Shown piece by piece: positions 32,883 through 43,777 of a stretch of 64,000 nt of DNA. Made by a program: the position numbers and the translations under genes. The stretch's first letter is position 1. The number at the start of each line of letters is the position of its first letter. The stretch comes from Nitrosopumilus sp. (GTDB taxonomy: Archaea; Thermoproteota; Nitrososphaeria; Nitrososphaerales; Nitrosopumilaceae): the NCBI GenBank assembly GCA_965205675.1, contig OZ242186.1, forward strand, positions 928,001 through 992,000, given 5' to 3'. The notes under the pieces were generated by a model. The model made no database searches. It was not told the origin of the DNA and was given only the letters and a program-made list of their open reading frames with translations.

Positions 32883-34028
32883 TAGTTTAGGCATATAAAT
32901 TTTGAACGAATTATCAACTATTTTAACCCAAAAGATCTAGATCATAGTTTATACTTACAGAATCATGTCAAAACAAACTAAAGCATTAATGGTATCTTCA
33001 GGAAGCCATTTCATGAAAGGAACAAGCATTAATTTTTTAAGAAAAACATGCAAGAATGAAAAAAATGCAAAAGCAAAGATAAGATTAAAGGCTGCAATAC
33101 TAAGAAAACAAGATATTCCATATTCTGTGATATGTGCCAGTTTGGATGTCATACCATCAACTCTGTCCTACTGGCTAAATCGAATGGATAAAGAGGGAAT
33201 AACTGCATCACACCGTAAGGAATATTCTGGCTCTAGATGTTTCTTAAATAAAAAACAACTAGTGTCATTAAGAGATGATCTAATTTCAGGTCCAGAAAAG
33301 TTTGGATTCAATCAATTCATGTGGAGTACAAGAATGGTAATTACACATGTGAATAAAAAATACAACACGCTATACTCTGCAAGAGGAATGCGTGAATTGC
33401 TGCACAGAATCGGATTCTCATCTAAAAAACCAAGACAGACTCATCACAAATCAGCCTCAAAAGAGGAACAAACCCGTTTTAAAAAAACGCAAAAAGGAGT
33501 ATCAAAAAATATTCCAAATTGGGACATATCACGCTATGTCTGGATGAGTCAACAAATAAAGTAGCACCCAACATAAAGCGCAGATGGTATCTTGCAGGCA
33601 ATAACATTACCACACCAATTAATTACACTCGAGAAAAATTTCAATCATTTGGTGCATTGGGCAATAACGGTGTATTTTTTTGCAGGTTCTATGATAAATC
33701 AAACACAGACTCATTTCTTGATTTTTTAGAATCACTGCAAAAACAATTTGGTAAGAAATTGTTACTGTTTGCAGATAATGCATCATACCACAAAAGTGTC
33801 CGAGTAAAAGAATTTCTCAAAGCACCAAAAAATAAAGTAATAATTAGATATTTTCCTGCATACACTCCAGAACTCAATCCAATTGAGATACAGTGGAGAG
33901 AAGAGAAAAATGATAATGCCAATACATTCTTTGCAAATGGAACTGAAATGAGAAAACACATGCAGAAGAGACTAGATAATGGAGCGGTTCGAGTTGTTAA
34001 AGTGTTCAAATATTTAATGCCTTAACTA
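32883..34028 (+). mobile_element. IS630-family element A, copy 2
   Basis: Near-identical to 26613..27758; TA duplication. Confidence 0.92.
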
Positions 34029-34447
34029 TAAACCGTATTGTTTTGAATTTGAATATGATGGAAAAGAAATTATCTTTTGGTATGATAAGCAATACAATCC
34101 TCCAAGACCCCATGCATGGGCAGTTCAGCAGAGACCTGATTTCACTGTAATGGTAAATGGAAAAATTGTAGGGGTGTTTGATGCAAAGAATTTCTCTCAA
34201 GGACAAGAAACATCTCCTGCAAGAGTTAAGATGCTGTCTTACATGAGTAACTTTAATTCTGATTTTGGAGTGTTGTTTTTTCCATTTGTGCCTGAGTTTT
34301 GGGATGAGATGAATAAAAAACAGAAAAGAAAGGCATTGTTGTCGCATTATTCAAAACGATTTTCTAAAAAATCTGAAGATGAACTACTTGTATTAGATGT
34401 GGTGGGTTTGAAAAGAATTTGTTTTTAATTTATTCAAATAAATAATT

Positions 34448-35677
34448 TCAATTAAGTGAATATTCTGATTCTCCACTAGTGTTAATTTCCCAGTTGACTA
34501 GTCTTAATTCTGATATTCTGCCCATGGTTGCAACTCTCCATCCAACTATTCTCTTTTTGGTAGTCTCGTCTGCCAGCGTTTCAAGATTATTCAATTCGTA
34601 ATCTTTAACCATTTTTGGATTTTTAGCCTTGAATTTCTTGAATGTCTTGAGGAATTCTTCATCTAAACTATCTGTGATTTTTGAATTTTTTGGAGGATTT
34701 TTAATTACTTTGAGTGCAGTGTCTATGAATAATTTTTCTAATTCTAAATCTGGAATCAATTCATCTAAGATAAATTCTGATTCTTCTTTGGTTAATGCAT
34801 TTTCTTTATAATTTCCAGCAATTACTGGATTATGTTTCAAGCTGAAATCTTTTCCTTTTTCTGTTAATGAAACAAACATTTCTCCATTCTCTTCAAAAAT
34901 ATAAATTAATCCTAATGCAATCGGTGCACCTTCGGCATATTCTTCCTTTGTTTCTCTATCTTTACGAAGTTTACCGATGTATTGGTCTTTGTATCTTTTT
35001 TGAGACTGTGCAATTTTTGTAATATCTTCTCTGTCTTTTCCTTTTTTAGGAAGGCCCGTCGATATTTTTTTGTTTCTTGGCACATTATCTGATTTTTCAA
35101 TTTCTGTTAGGTGATTTGAAATTTCTTCAGAAATATCATATGCTTCTGTTCTAAAATCTGAATATTTTATTTTAGTGACTTTTTTTTCATATAACATATT
35201 TGATAAAACAGCAATTACAATTTTTACTGGAAAGAATCTACTGTAGAATCTAAATAATAATGGATAACCATCATATTCATACACACAATCTGGTTTTTTG
35301 ATTTCTAATTGTGAAATATATTTTAAAGTTTCATCAAGATTATGTTGTAATCTTATGTGATCATGGTCTGAAATTTCATGTTCTTTTTGTTTTTTATATT
35401 CTTCATCTGCTTTTTCTTGTTCTCCTTTTCCAAAGTGTCTTTCCCTTTCTGCTTCTTTTACAAATCCTAACATGAATTTTTCTTGTTCAGTAGTAAATGG
35501 CATCATGGATTGCATGATTTTGATTGAATCTTCGGGATGTTCACTTTCCCATGTAAGTAAAATATTGACTGCAGTATCTATGAAAATATCTGAATTTCTG
35601 TATCTTTCCTTATCTACAAGTTCCTTGATTTTGGATGCATGTTTGTCCATTATTTCGTATTGAACTCTATTTCCCAT
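34448..35677 (-). CDS. Hypothetical 409-aa protein with possible N-terminal ribbon-helix-helix
   Basis: RVQYEI...IKELVDKERYRNSDIFIDTAVNILL resembles CopG/RHH; divergent from the PIN-drmAB operon. Confidence 0.7.
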   Translation of the reverse strand: MGNRVQYEIMDKHASKIKELVDKERYRNSDIFIDTAVNILLTWESEHPEDSIKIMQSMMPFTTEQEKFMLGFVKEAERERHFGKGEQEKADEEYKKQKEHEISDHDHIRLQHNLDETLKYISQLEIKKPDCVYEYDGYPLLFRFYSRFFPVKIVIAVLSNMLYEKKVTKIKYSDFRTEAYDISEEISNHLTEIEKSDNVPRNKKISTGLPKKGKDREDITKIAQSQKRYKDQYIGKLRKDRETKEEYAEGAPIALGLIYIFEENGEMFVSLTEKGKDFSLKHNPVIAGNYKENALTKEESEFILDELIPDLELEKLFIDTALKVIKNPPKNSKITDSLDEEFLKTFKKFKAKNPKMVKDYELNNLETLADETTKKRIVGWRVATMGRISELRLVNWEINTSGESEYSLN

Positions 35678-35869
35678 ACCCTTTATGTGAGAAATATACT
35701 ATATAATGCTGTGTATATGTGGAATAATCTCACTTATGTTGTACGATCGCATTATTGTATGAATTTAGGCATGGAAATTAGTTATTCCGATCAACTTTAT
35801 TTTTGATATAATGATCCTTATGTTGTAGATAAAGTATATACTTATATATCGTACTACCTATTACTTAGT

Positions 35870-36427
35870 ATGGAAAACGGGTCAAACAAACATAACTACA
35901 CACTAGATACATGCGTAGGTATCAAGATTTGTGAAAATGCAAATGTTGGTGATCTACTATCTTGTAGAATTGACTTTGAATCCTCAACAATTCATATCTC
36001 TTCACAAACCGTTTTGGAGGCAACTAGATTAGGATATGATGTAGATTACATTTCAAAACAAATCAAAAAATCAATTGAAGTTAAGGTCATTTTTGGTTCT
36101 ATTACAAATTCAATGATTCAAGATGCAAAATATCTTGAAACAAAATGTCCAACATTACATGATGGGGATTCTAAGATTTTGGCCTATGCCAGGGCAACTG
36201 GTACTACCTTGGTAACTTGTGATAAAGGATTAGCAGAGGCTGCAATATTATCTGGAACTAAAATTGTTAATCCAGATCTATTACCTTGTGATAAAATTGG
36301 ACTAGGAAAATCCAAGATGCAAAAAATTGTTGATAAAGCAATTAGAAAACCATCTGAGGCAAAACAAAAAGTAAAATCGTTTGTACTTAAACCAGGACAA
36401 AAAATCGTTTGGAGGTCATTCCAATGA
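35870..36427 (+). CDS. PIN-domain protein
   Basis: YTLDTCV, E, DGDSKILAYA, LVTCDKGL acidic motifs. Confidence 0.8.
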   Translation: MENGSNKHNYTLDTCVGIKICENANVGDLLSCRIDFESSTIHISSQTVLEATRLGYDVDYISKQIKKSIEVKVIFGSITNSMIQDAKYLETKCPTLHDGDSKILAYARATGTTLVTCDKGLAEAAILSGTKIVNPDLLPCDKIGLGKSKMQKIVDKAIRKPSEAKQKVKSFVLKPGQKIVWRSFQ

Positions 36428-36636
36428 TAAATTTTGATGAAAATGGAAAACGTCTTAGAAGCGTATGCGTTACATATCGTACTCATTATACTCATGATGT
36501 AGTAGAAGAGGATCTAAGTTCTAAATTTGATGGATTATCTGATAAATCAATTGAAATTGTACGTGGAATGGTAAGTTCTGAGAAAGTTGAAAAATTAGAT
36601 GCTTTATTAGTTACATTGGGAACTATTTTAAAATAA
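36424..36636 (+). CDS. Small hypothetical protein coupled to the PIN gene
   Basis: ATGA overlap at 36424-36427. Confidence 0.55.
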   Translation: MINFDENGKRLRSVCVTYRTHYTHDVVEEDLSSKFDGLSDKSIEIVRGMVSSEKVEKLDALLVTLGTILK

Positions 36637-36689
36637 TTTTAAATAATGACAATCTTTAATTCATACTCTCATATGATAGTCTATTAATT

Positions 36690-39600
36690 ATGATAAGAAG
36701 TCACCTTGTTAAGGCGTTATATCAGAATCTTTTAGGACCATTATACGGTCCTAAAGAAATTATTGAGGAACCTTTCTTAAAATATGAATTAGGTATTCTA
36801 AATTCATCTTATTCAATTGATGATGATATTGCTCAAAACCAATCATCTACAAATGCTGAAATAAATCCAAATGTTGCTGAAATTAAGCAAGAAATTCATG
36901 AATTAAATAATTCTGAAAATACTCAGGGCTCTGAAAATCTACGACAGGAAGTAGATACAGAATTAAACCTAAAATCTGGTGCGTTATCTCTTGGACTATC
37001 TTTTGTATTGGAAGGTGCTCACCCTAAATTTCAAATTTGTTTAACTTGGGCTAGATATGTTAAGACTGTAGAATTTGGTTCTGTTCCTAATTTATTTATG
37101 AGGAAACCCAATTTTTTTGTCACTGATTGGATTGACGCTAGCAAAAAATTTGATTCTGTAAAATTGAGTAATGATGTCAATGGAAGTATAGTTACACATT
37201 CTGGTGTTTTTCTTCATGTTATAACAAAAAAGATAGAACATTTTGATAAATGGACTGTTCAAATATTTTTGGAAAACAAATCTGAATATGATGTAACAAA
37301 AAGTCAATCCGAAGTTACTAGAATTTTTCAACCTCAAATTAGAGTAAAATCTGAAAACGAACTTTTAGATTTAGATTCTAGTCATAATCAACATACCACA
37401 TACAATGATGATTTACTTTACCATAATTTGAGAACTAAAGCAAGAGGTTACTTGTGTGCTGCAGTATGGAATGATGTTGATCCTGAAAAAAATTCTGACG
37501 GTGATATTGGAAAAATCTCTTGGCCTGATTCAGAAATTGTACCTGAAAAAATTAAATCATTTTTTACATGTCCTGATGTACGAACTGAATATCTTCCACT
37601 TTATTCTATTTTACAACCAGATCAATCTGATAAACCTATTTTCAATGCAAATACACTTTCACAAACATGGAAATCAACTGATATTAAATCCCAACTAAGT
37701 TCAATAGAAAAAAATTATACAAATTGGATTGATGATCGAAAAAAAACTCTTGACAATGAAGTACAAAATAAAATCATTGAACCCCAACTTAAAGAAAAAG
37801 GTGAGTCAAATCTTAGAGATTGTTATAGTTCTAGGGACCGAATCAAACATGGTATTGATTTTTTAATTGAAAACAAAAAGGCTCGGGCTGCATTTTGCTT
37901 TATGAATGCTGTCATGAATGATAAACGAGTAAATGAAACAAAAAATAACGCAAATCCTGATGGTGCAGATTTGGAATGGAGGGAATTTCAAATGGCATTT
38001 ATTTTACAAAGTCTTAAGGGCGTTAGTGGAGAATCTAAAGATGAACGTGATTTATCTGATGTATTGTGGTTTCCTACTGGTGGTGGAAAAACAGAAGCTT
38101 ATCTTGGAATCGTAATTTTCACTCTAGCATTTAGAAGATTATCTATTGATGAAAACCAAAGTAATGAAGGAGGGGTAAATGTAATTTCCAGATACACTCT
38201 GAGATTGTTAACTATTCAACAATTCCAACGTGCACTTGGAGCAATTGTTGCAGCAGACCTTAGACGAGTAAGGAATTGGCTTCCTTCTGAGGCAATTGAA
38301 GGAGAAGAAAAAATTTCTGATCCTGTTTTAATAAAAAAAAGAGATGATTGTTCCTTTTGGGGAAATCATAGATTTTCAATTGGAATGTGGATTGGAAGTG
38401 GTATAACTCCTAAAGATTTTGCAATAACTACTGGCCCTGAAGGTAAAAAATTTCTTAATTGTGAGGGTGCATTACGTCCACAATGGCATAAAGATAGAAG
38501 AAATTCTGATGAAGATAGTGGCCCTGATCCTGCGCAAGTCCAAAACTGTCCTGTCTGTAAAAATATACTATGTATCCCACGAGAACAAAAAGAATACGGT
38601 TCTCCTAAAAAACTCACTTGGATTATTTGTTCTCCTCATTCTTTAGAGATTCTTCAAAAAATTACTAAAGAAGATATTGAATCTCAAAATCAAATTGCTC
38701 TTAGAGAAAACCCTGAATTTGAATTACTTTCAAAATCTACTGATGGCTTTTCGTATTATCGTTTAACCATGGAGCTTTTACCAGTTCGAAAAAATCAAGT
38801 TCTTGATAGAACATTGATTGATAGTTGGTGGAATTCCCATGTGAAAGGTAGATTGGATCCTGATGACGACCGTGACCCTCTTGAATCAACCAGTCCTTCT
38901 ATGCCTGGATATTTTTTCCTTCATCATGGTCATCCACGACCTCATGACTTTGCAATTTTTTGTACCAACAAATCTTGTGAACTCAATAAAAAAATACAAT
39001 GGTTTGAAAAATTAGAAAATCAAGTTGACACTTTAGTTCCAAAACCTTTTCAAATTCCTGATTCTCCTCACCTTTCAATCTCTGTCCCAATTTCTGCATA
39101 TGTTTCAGATGAACAAGTTTATGCAAAATGTCCTAGTTTTCTAATTGCTACAGCAGACAAATTTGCAAATCTTCCTTTTGAACCTCGATGTGCATCTTTA
39201 TTTGGAAATGTCGATGTTCTTCATCGAAGTTTTGGATATGGTCGAAGAATTGCATTTACTGCTCCTCTTCAAAATAGAAGTGGAAATCAAAGAATTCAAG
39301 TTCCTCCAGAAAAACTTATTGATGTACGTGGATTTAATCCCCCTTCTTTGATACTACAAGATGAATTACATCTTATCGAAGGACCATTGGGAAGCATGGT
39401 TGGAATTTATGAAATGGCTGTAGATGTATTATCTAACAATGGATCTAGACCAAAATATATTGCTTCAAGTGCAACAATTAAGGAAGCAGAAACTCAAGTT
39501 GGAACAATTTTCAGACGAAAAATTTCTATTTTCCCTCCTCCTGGAATCGATTCTTTTGATAATTATTTTTCAAAAATTGAAGAAGATATTCCATGTACTG

Positions 39601-42600
39601 CAGAAAAATTTGGAAGACTTTACCTTGGAATCTCATCGACTAAATCAACTGTGTATCTTCCAATAAAGGCTCAATCCATTATAATGAGTGAAATTTTTAA
39701 AATTAGAAATAATCCTGATAATTATGATTTAAATGAAATTGAAAGAAATGATCTTCAGTCATCAATAGATCCTTATTGGACATTTGTTTCTTATTTTACA
39801 GATTTACAATTATTATCAAAATTCACTGACTATTACCCTGAAAATATTATAGAAAATGTATCTAATTGGAGTAATACCCGAGTATCTAATTCTTTAACTC
39901 GTTTACCTAACAAGCCTATTGATTCTGGTTTGAAATTATTTCCTTTAATTTCTGATAGAGAACTTGAAGTTTCAAGTATTTCTATTTTTTGTGCTAATAA
40001 AATTGGGAAAATAAAAATTGCATTATATCGAAGTGACAACCCTGTTGGAAAATTAATTTATTCTTCTGAATTTCAGGATTGTAGATTAAATGAAAATATT
40101 TTTGATTTAGCTGTTGGTGATTTTCCTAAAATCAATAAAGGTGAAAAAATTTGGGTTTCGGTGATTAGTACTGATCCAAAAACCATTTTTCAATTAGTTG
40201 AAATAACTGAAGATTCATTAGAAGACAAAACTTTTGAACCCACTACAGAAAACTTCCCTACTGATTTTAAGGAACTTTCCTCTATTGAAGAAAATTTTTC
40301 TATAAAATTCACTCTCAATTCATCATTTCGATTATTAACTGATGAAAAAAATATTCAACTTTCTAGTGAAACTAAACCTGAAGATCTTACAAAAAATCTA
40401 GAACAATTACAGTCAAAATTCTTAATTGATTCACTTCAAACCTCACCTGTTTTTGGAACTGGTATTGATGTTGATCGACTTGGTGTGATGCAAATTATGA
40501 ATCAACCAAAAACAAATTCGGGATATATCCAATCTTCTGGTCGTGTAGGTAGATCAAATCCCGGTCTTGTTATAAGCTGGCTTCGTGCAGGACGTGCAAG
40601 AGATCTTAATCATTATGAAAATTTCATAGGTTATCATAGAATGCTTCACAAGTTTGTAGAGCCTGTAACTGCTTCTCCTTTTTCTGATGAGGCAATGAGA
40701 TTGTGTTTGGGTCCTATACTGGTTGCAATTTTGATTAACGCACGTAATGTTTCAGGCGTTTCTGTTAGTAATAGGTGGGTATTGGATTCTGGGCCTGATA
40801 GGATGAGGGAACATCACAATGACCCTGATGTGGAATCTGTAAAAAATGCATTATCTGAAATTTCTAAATCAAACACTATTGCTGATTATAGAAAAATGCC
40901 TCCTGAAAGATTTGAACATCTTTTCAACGAACTCAAAGGACTATGGCACAAAATTGCAAAAGATTTGGCTGATGATAAAACTAGACCGTTTACTTATCAT
41001 GAGAGAAGACCTAACATTGTTCCTGAGAATAACGTTGTGCTTGGTACGCCCAATCATAAAGATCTTGGATTGGATTATGTGTATGATGATACCCCTAATT
41101 CTCTAAGACAAACTGAATCCAGTTCTGTTTTTTATGGTCCGAAAAATGATATTACTCAAATCAGACCATCTCAATTCACTACCCGTTATGGGCCAGGTAC
41201 ATTGATTTCTGGAAAAAAATCTACTTGGGTGATTCCTCCAATTCAAGAAATTGTTTCAGATCTGAAAGACACTGGAAATTTTGAAGCACCAAGTACCTCG
41301 GGGTATAAAAGATTATACAAATATGAAATTAATGATTCTAGAATGAAACGTCTTTTACATCGATTCAATTCTGATATTGATTGGCAAAAATTAAAACTTT
41401 TTTCATTACCTACAAATTCTTCATTAACTGTTAAAGAATTCCAACCTCTTTACCGTTGTAATCAATTTCCTAGGTGGGCGGTTTGTCATAATAAAGTTCA
41501 TCCTTCCCGAAGAATATTAGCTGAGATGACTCCTGCTCAAAAAGGAATTGTTATCAAATGTCCTGCATGTCAAGAACATTCTGATATTGATGATGAAAAA
41601 AGTACTCAATTTTTTAATGCTCGATATGTTTTAGCTTGTTGCAATGGTCATTTAGATGATGTAAATTGGCAATATGAAATTCACCGCTCTGGTGTAAAAT
41701 GTGGAGGAAATGTTTTCGAATGGGTTTCATCTGGAAGTAATGATGATGCAGAAATTGTTTGTTTAGGACATTGGGATTGTAATGACCCAAATAGATTCAT
41801 TAAAAGTACTTGTAAGTCTAGTGCCACATATTTAGAATTAAAAGGAAGATCTAAACTTGGTCAAATGGATTGTTCTGCAAAGTTTGCTGAAACAGGACTG
41901 ACTGATCCTGATGGATGTCCACGTCCAATTGATAATATGTCTCAAGCAAAGATGATCAGTAAAACCCAGATGAGTTTACGAATGCCTATTGTTGCAACAA
42001 CGATGGAAATTCAAAAACATAAAGGAATTTTATATGAAATGTATGAGCCCTTGGCCTCATCAATTGTTATGGGAATTTCAATGTTGGAAAAAATTAATCC
42101 AAATTGGACTAAAAATGATTTTCTTGAAACCGTTCTACGTAATAATAGAGGCAGTATTAGAGGAATAACTAATCAAATTTTAAGGCAGACAGAAAATGCG
42201 TCAGAAAATATGTTTAGAGAGGTCATAGAAGCTGTTAAAAAATTTGCAAAAACTTTGGACAACCGTTCTGAGTCTTTATCTGAATACGATTCATTAAATG
42301 AAGAATTAATCAGTCTTGAGAATCTGACCCTTGATAATGGAACTGGTGCCCAAATCAGTCCTGATGATCCTGAACCTGATATGCGTTTTCCAATTCAATT
42401 CGAAACTAGTATCGATTTAAATTTTGAAGCAATGCCTTTTGGTGACATTAAAGTAACTCAAGTACAAACTGGATATACTAGGGAAATATCTCCTCCAACA
42501 TTACGTGGTTCTCTTTCTCAAGATGATACCAATGATGGTGTAAGGATTGGTAAAGTTATTTCTTCAAACGAAAAATTTGTTGATGAAAATGATGGTAGGT

Positions 42601-43235
42601 GGTATCTTGGAAATCAATCCAGAGGTGAAGGAATTTTTATACATTTAGATCCAAAAGTCCACGAAGATTCTATGGATGTCTTTAATGGTAATACTTTTGA
42701 TGATCTTAAAATTTGGGAATCTATTCATCAGAAAATTTTGGAGAAAAATACACCTCTTCTTGAAAAATTAAAACAAGAAGAAAGCAATGAACAACAGATT
42801 GATGCATTAGAAAAAGAAAATATGCAAAGCAATCCTCTTTTTGTTTGGTGGCATTCCTTTGCTCATGAACTAATTAATCAATTATCCATTGATTCAGGAT
42901 TTATGGGTGTTTCACTTGGAGAGCGAATTTATTGTATTGAAAAACAAAATGGTACATTTGGTTCTGGAATTTTCATATATGTTTCAAGTCCAGGTGCAGA
43001 TGGAACTCTTGGCGGTCTCACAAGTTTAGTTAATTTGAAAGTACTTCAAGAAATTATTGAAAAAACTTTACAGAAAATTTCTACTTGTTCTAATGATCCT
43101 GTATGTTCTGAAAGGAAAATTAATCTTAAACGTAGAACTGGTGCTGCTTGTCATATTTGTTTGATGAATTCAGAAACATCTTGTGCCTACCAAAACAAGT
43201 TTCTAGATAGAAATTTGATTAGAGGGACTTTATGA
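36690..43235 (+). CDS. drmAB: Fused DISARM DrmA SF2 helicase and DrmB (DUF1998) protein
   Basis: WREFQMAF, FPTGGGKTEAY, RYTLRLLTIQQFQR, QDELHL, YIQSSGRVGR, RDLNHYE (DrmA); RPSQ...YGPG, HSFAHELI, DGTLGGL, CSNDPVC, AACHIC..SETSC..NKFLDR (DrmB). Confidence 0.9.
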   Translation: MIRSHLVKALYQNLLGPLYGPKEIIEEPFLKYELGILNSSYSIDDDIAQNQSSTNAEINPNVAEIKQEIHELNNSENTQGSENLRQEVDTELNLKSGALSLGLSFVLEGAHPKFQICLTWARYVKTVEFGSVPNLFMRKPNFFVTDWIDASKKFDSVKLSNDVNGSIVTHSGVFLHVITKKIEHFDKWTVQIFLENKSEYDVTKSQSEVTRIFQPQIRVKSENELLDLDSSHNQHTTYNDDLLYHNLRTKARGYLCAAVWNDVDPEKNSDGDIGKISWPDSEIVPEKIKSFFTCPDVRTEYLPLYSILQPDQSDKPIFNANTLSQTWKSTDIKSQLSSIEKNYTNWIDDRKKTLDNEVQNKIIEPQLKEKGESNLRDCYSSRDRIKHGIDFLIENKKARAAFCFMNAVMNDKRVNETKNNANPDGADLEWREFQMAFILQSLKGVSGESKDERDLSDVLWFPTGGGKTEAYLGIVIFTLAFRRLSIDENQSNEGGVNVISRYTLRLLTIQQFQRALGAIVAADLRRVRNWLPSEAIEGEEKISDPVLIKKRDDCSFWGNHRFSIGMWIGSGITPKDFAITTGPEGKKFLNCEGALRPQWHKDRRNSDEDSGPDPAQVQNCPVCKNILCIPREQKEYGSPKKLTWIICSPHSLEILQKITKEDIESQNQIALRENPEFELLSKSTDGFSYYRLTMELLPVRKNQVLDRTLIDSWWNSHVKGRLDPDDDRDPLESTSPSMPGYFFLHHGHPRPHDFAIFCTNKSCELNKKIQWFEKLENQVDTLVPKPFQIPDSPHLSISVPISAYVSDEQVYAKCPSFLIATADKFANLPFEPRCASLFGNVDVLHRSFGYGRRIAFTAPLQNRSGNQRIQVPPEKLIDVRGFNPPSLILQDELHLIEGPLGSMVGIYEMAVDVLSNNGSRPKYIASSATIKEAETQVGTIFRRKISIFPPPGIDSFDNYFSKIEEDIPCTAEKFGRLYLGISSTKSTVYLPIKAQSIIMSEIFKIRNNPDNYDLNEIERNDLQSSIDPYWTFVSYFTDLQLLSKFTDYYPENIIENVSNWSNTRVSNSLTRLPNKPIDSGLKLFPLISDRELEVSSISIFCANKIGKIKIALYRSDNPVGKLIYSSEFQDCRLNENIFDLAVGDFPKINKGEKIWVSVISTDPKTIFQLVEITEDSLEDKTFEPTTENFPTDFKELSSIEENFSIKFTLNSSFRLLTDEKNIQLSSETKPEDLTKNLEQLQSKFLIDSLQTSPVFGTGIDVDRLGVMQIMNQPKTNSGYIQSSGRVGRSNPGLVISWLRAGRARDLNHYENFIGYHRMLHKFVEPVTASPFSDEAMRLCLGPILVAILINARNVSGVSVSNRWVLDSGPDRMREHHNDPDVESVKNALSEISKSNTIADYRKMPPERFEHLFNELKGLWHKIAKDLADDKTRPFTYHERRPNIVPENNVVLGTPNHKDLGLDYVYDDTPNSLRQTESSSVFYGPKNDITQIRPSQFTTRYGPGTLISGKKSTWVIPPIQEIVSDLKDTGNFEAPSTSGYKRLYKYEINDSRMKRLLHRFNSDIDWQKLKLFSLPTNSSLTVKEFQPLYRCNQFPRWAVCHNKVHPSRRILAEMTPAQKGIVIKCPACQEHSDIDDEKSTQFFNARYVLACCNGHLDDVNWQYEIHRSGVKCGGNVFEWVSSGSNDDAEIVCLGHWDCNDPNRFIKSTCKSSATYLELKGRSKLGQMDCSAKFAETGLTDPDGCPRPIDNMSQAKMISKTQMSLRMPIVATTMEIQKHKGILYEMYEPLASSIVMGISMLEKINPNWTKNDFLETVLRNNRGSIRGITNQILRQTENASENMFREVIEAVKKFAKTLDNRSESLSEYDSLNEELISLENLTLDNGTGAQISPDDPEPDMRFPIQFETSIDLNFEAMPFGDIKVTQVQTGYTREISPPTLRGSLSQDDTNDGVRIGKVISSNEKFVDENDGRWYLGNQSRGEGIFIHLDPKVHEDSMDVFNGNTFDDLKIWESIHQKILEKNTPLLEKLKQEESNEQQIDALEKENMQSNPLFVWWHSFAHELINQLSIDSGFMGVSLGERIYCIEKQNGTFGSGIFIYVSSPGADGTLGGLTSLVNLKVLQEIIEKTLQKISTCSNDPVCSERKINLKRRTGAACHICLMNSETSCAYQNKFLDRNLIRGTL

Positions 43236-43777
43236 GCGGGTATTCTATTGGAAATATAGAGTCTATTGGAGCTTCTGGTAAGGCATGGGTTGGATTTCAT
43301 GCCGTTGATATTGCTGACCTTTTCTTTTCTGAATTAAAAAATGCAAACAGGTCCATACAAATTTCTTCTTTTTCTACAGGTTACGAAAGCTCTGAAATGG
43401 TGAATTTTTTTAATATTCTTGAGGAACATCTTGAGAATCCACGAATGAAGATTAGTATTATTATCAATGATGATGGAAAAGAAAAAACAATTACTCCATA
43501 TGCGCGAAAAAAATTAGGAAAATTACAAAATGATTTTCCTACACAATTTTTTCCACAATATTTTAAACAGACAAAAGTAAAAAATCTAAATAAAATATTA
43601 CATGCAAAACTTACGGTAATTGATGGAACTACTGCTTTAATTGGCTCTGCTAACATTTCAAAAGGTGCATTAGAATCAAATTATGAAATAATGTTAAAAG
43701 TAACTGGACAAGTAGCAGTTGATTTTTCAAAAATGCTTTCAGAACTATCTAAACAAATAAGGTTGAATACAGCATGA
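43232..43777 (+). CDS. drmC: Phospholipase D-family nuclease (DrmC-like)
   Basis: HAKLTVID...GSANIS...NYE HKD motif; ATGA overlap with drmAB. Confidence 0.85.
   Translation: MSGYSIGNIESIGASGKAWVGFHAVDIADLFFSELKNANRSIQISSFSTGYESSEMVNFFNILEEHLENPRMKISIIINDDGKEKTITPYARKKLGKLQNDFPTQFFPQYFKQTKVKNLNKILHAKLTVIDGTTALIGSANISKGALESNYEIMLKVTGQVAVDFSKMLSELSKQIRLNTA

Larger units (their letters stand above)
30863..34428 (+). pseudogene. McrC/DUF2357-like PD-(D/E)XK nuclease in three pieces (30863-31226, 32625-32882, 34031-34428)
   Basis: RGNINWQKT, FVTPGNILL, YEAWMFF, RPDF...FDAKN; frame rejoins when IS66 and IS630 are removed. Confidence 0.75.

Noticed and set aside
36690-43235. Intein as the cause of the large helicase size
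   Set aside because: No intein N-terminal or C-terminal HN splice motifs or LAGLIDADG blocks recognised; DrmB fusion and insertions explain the size
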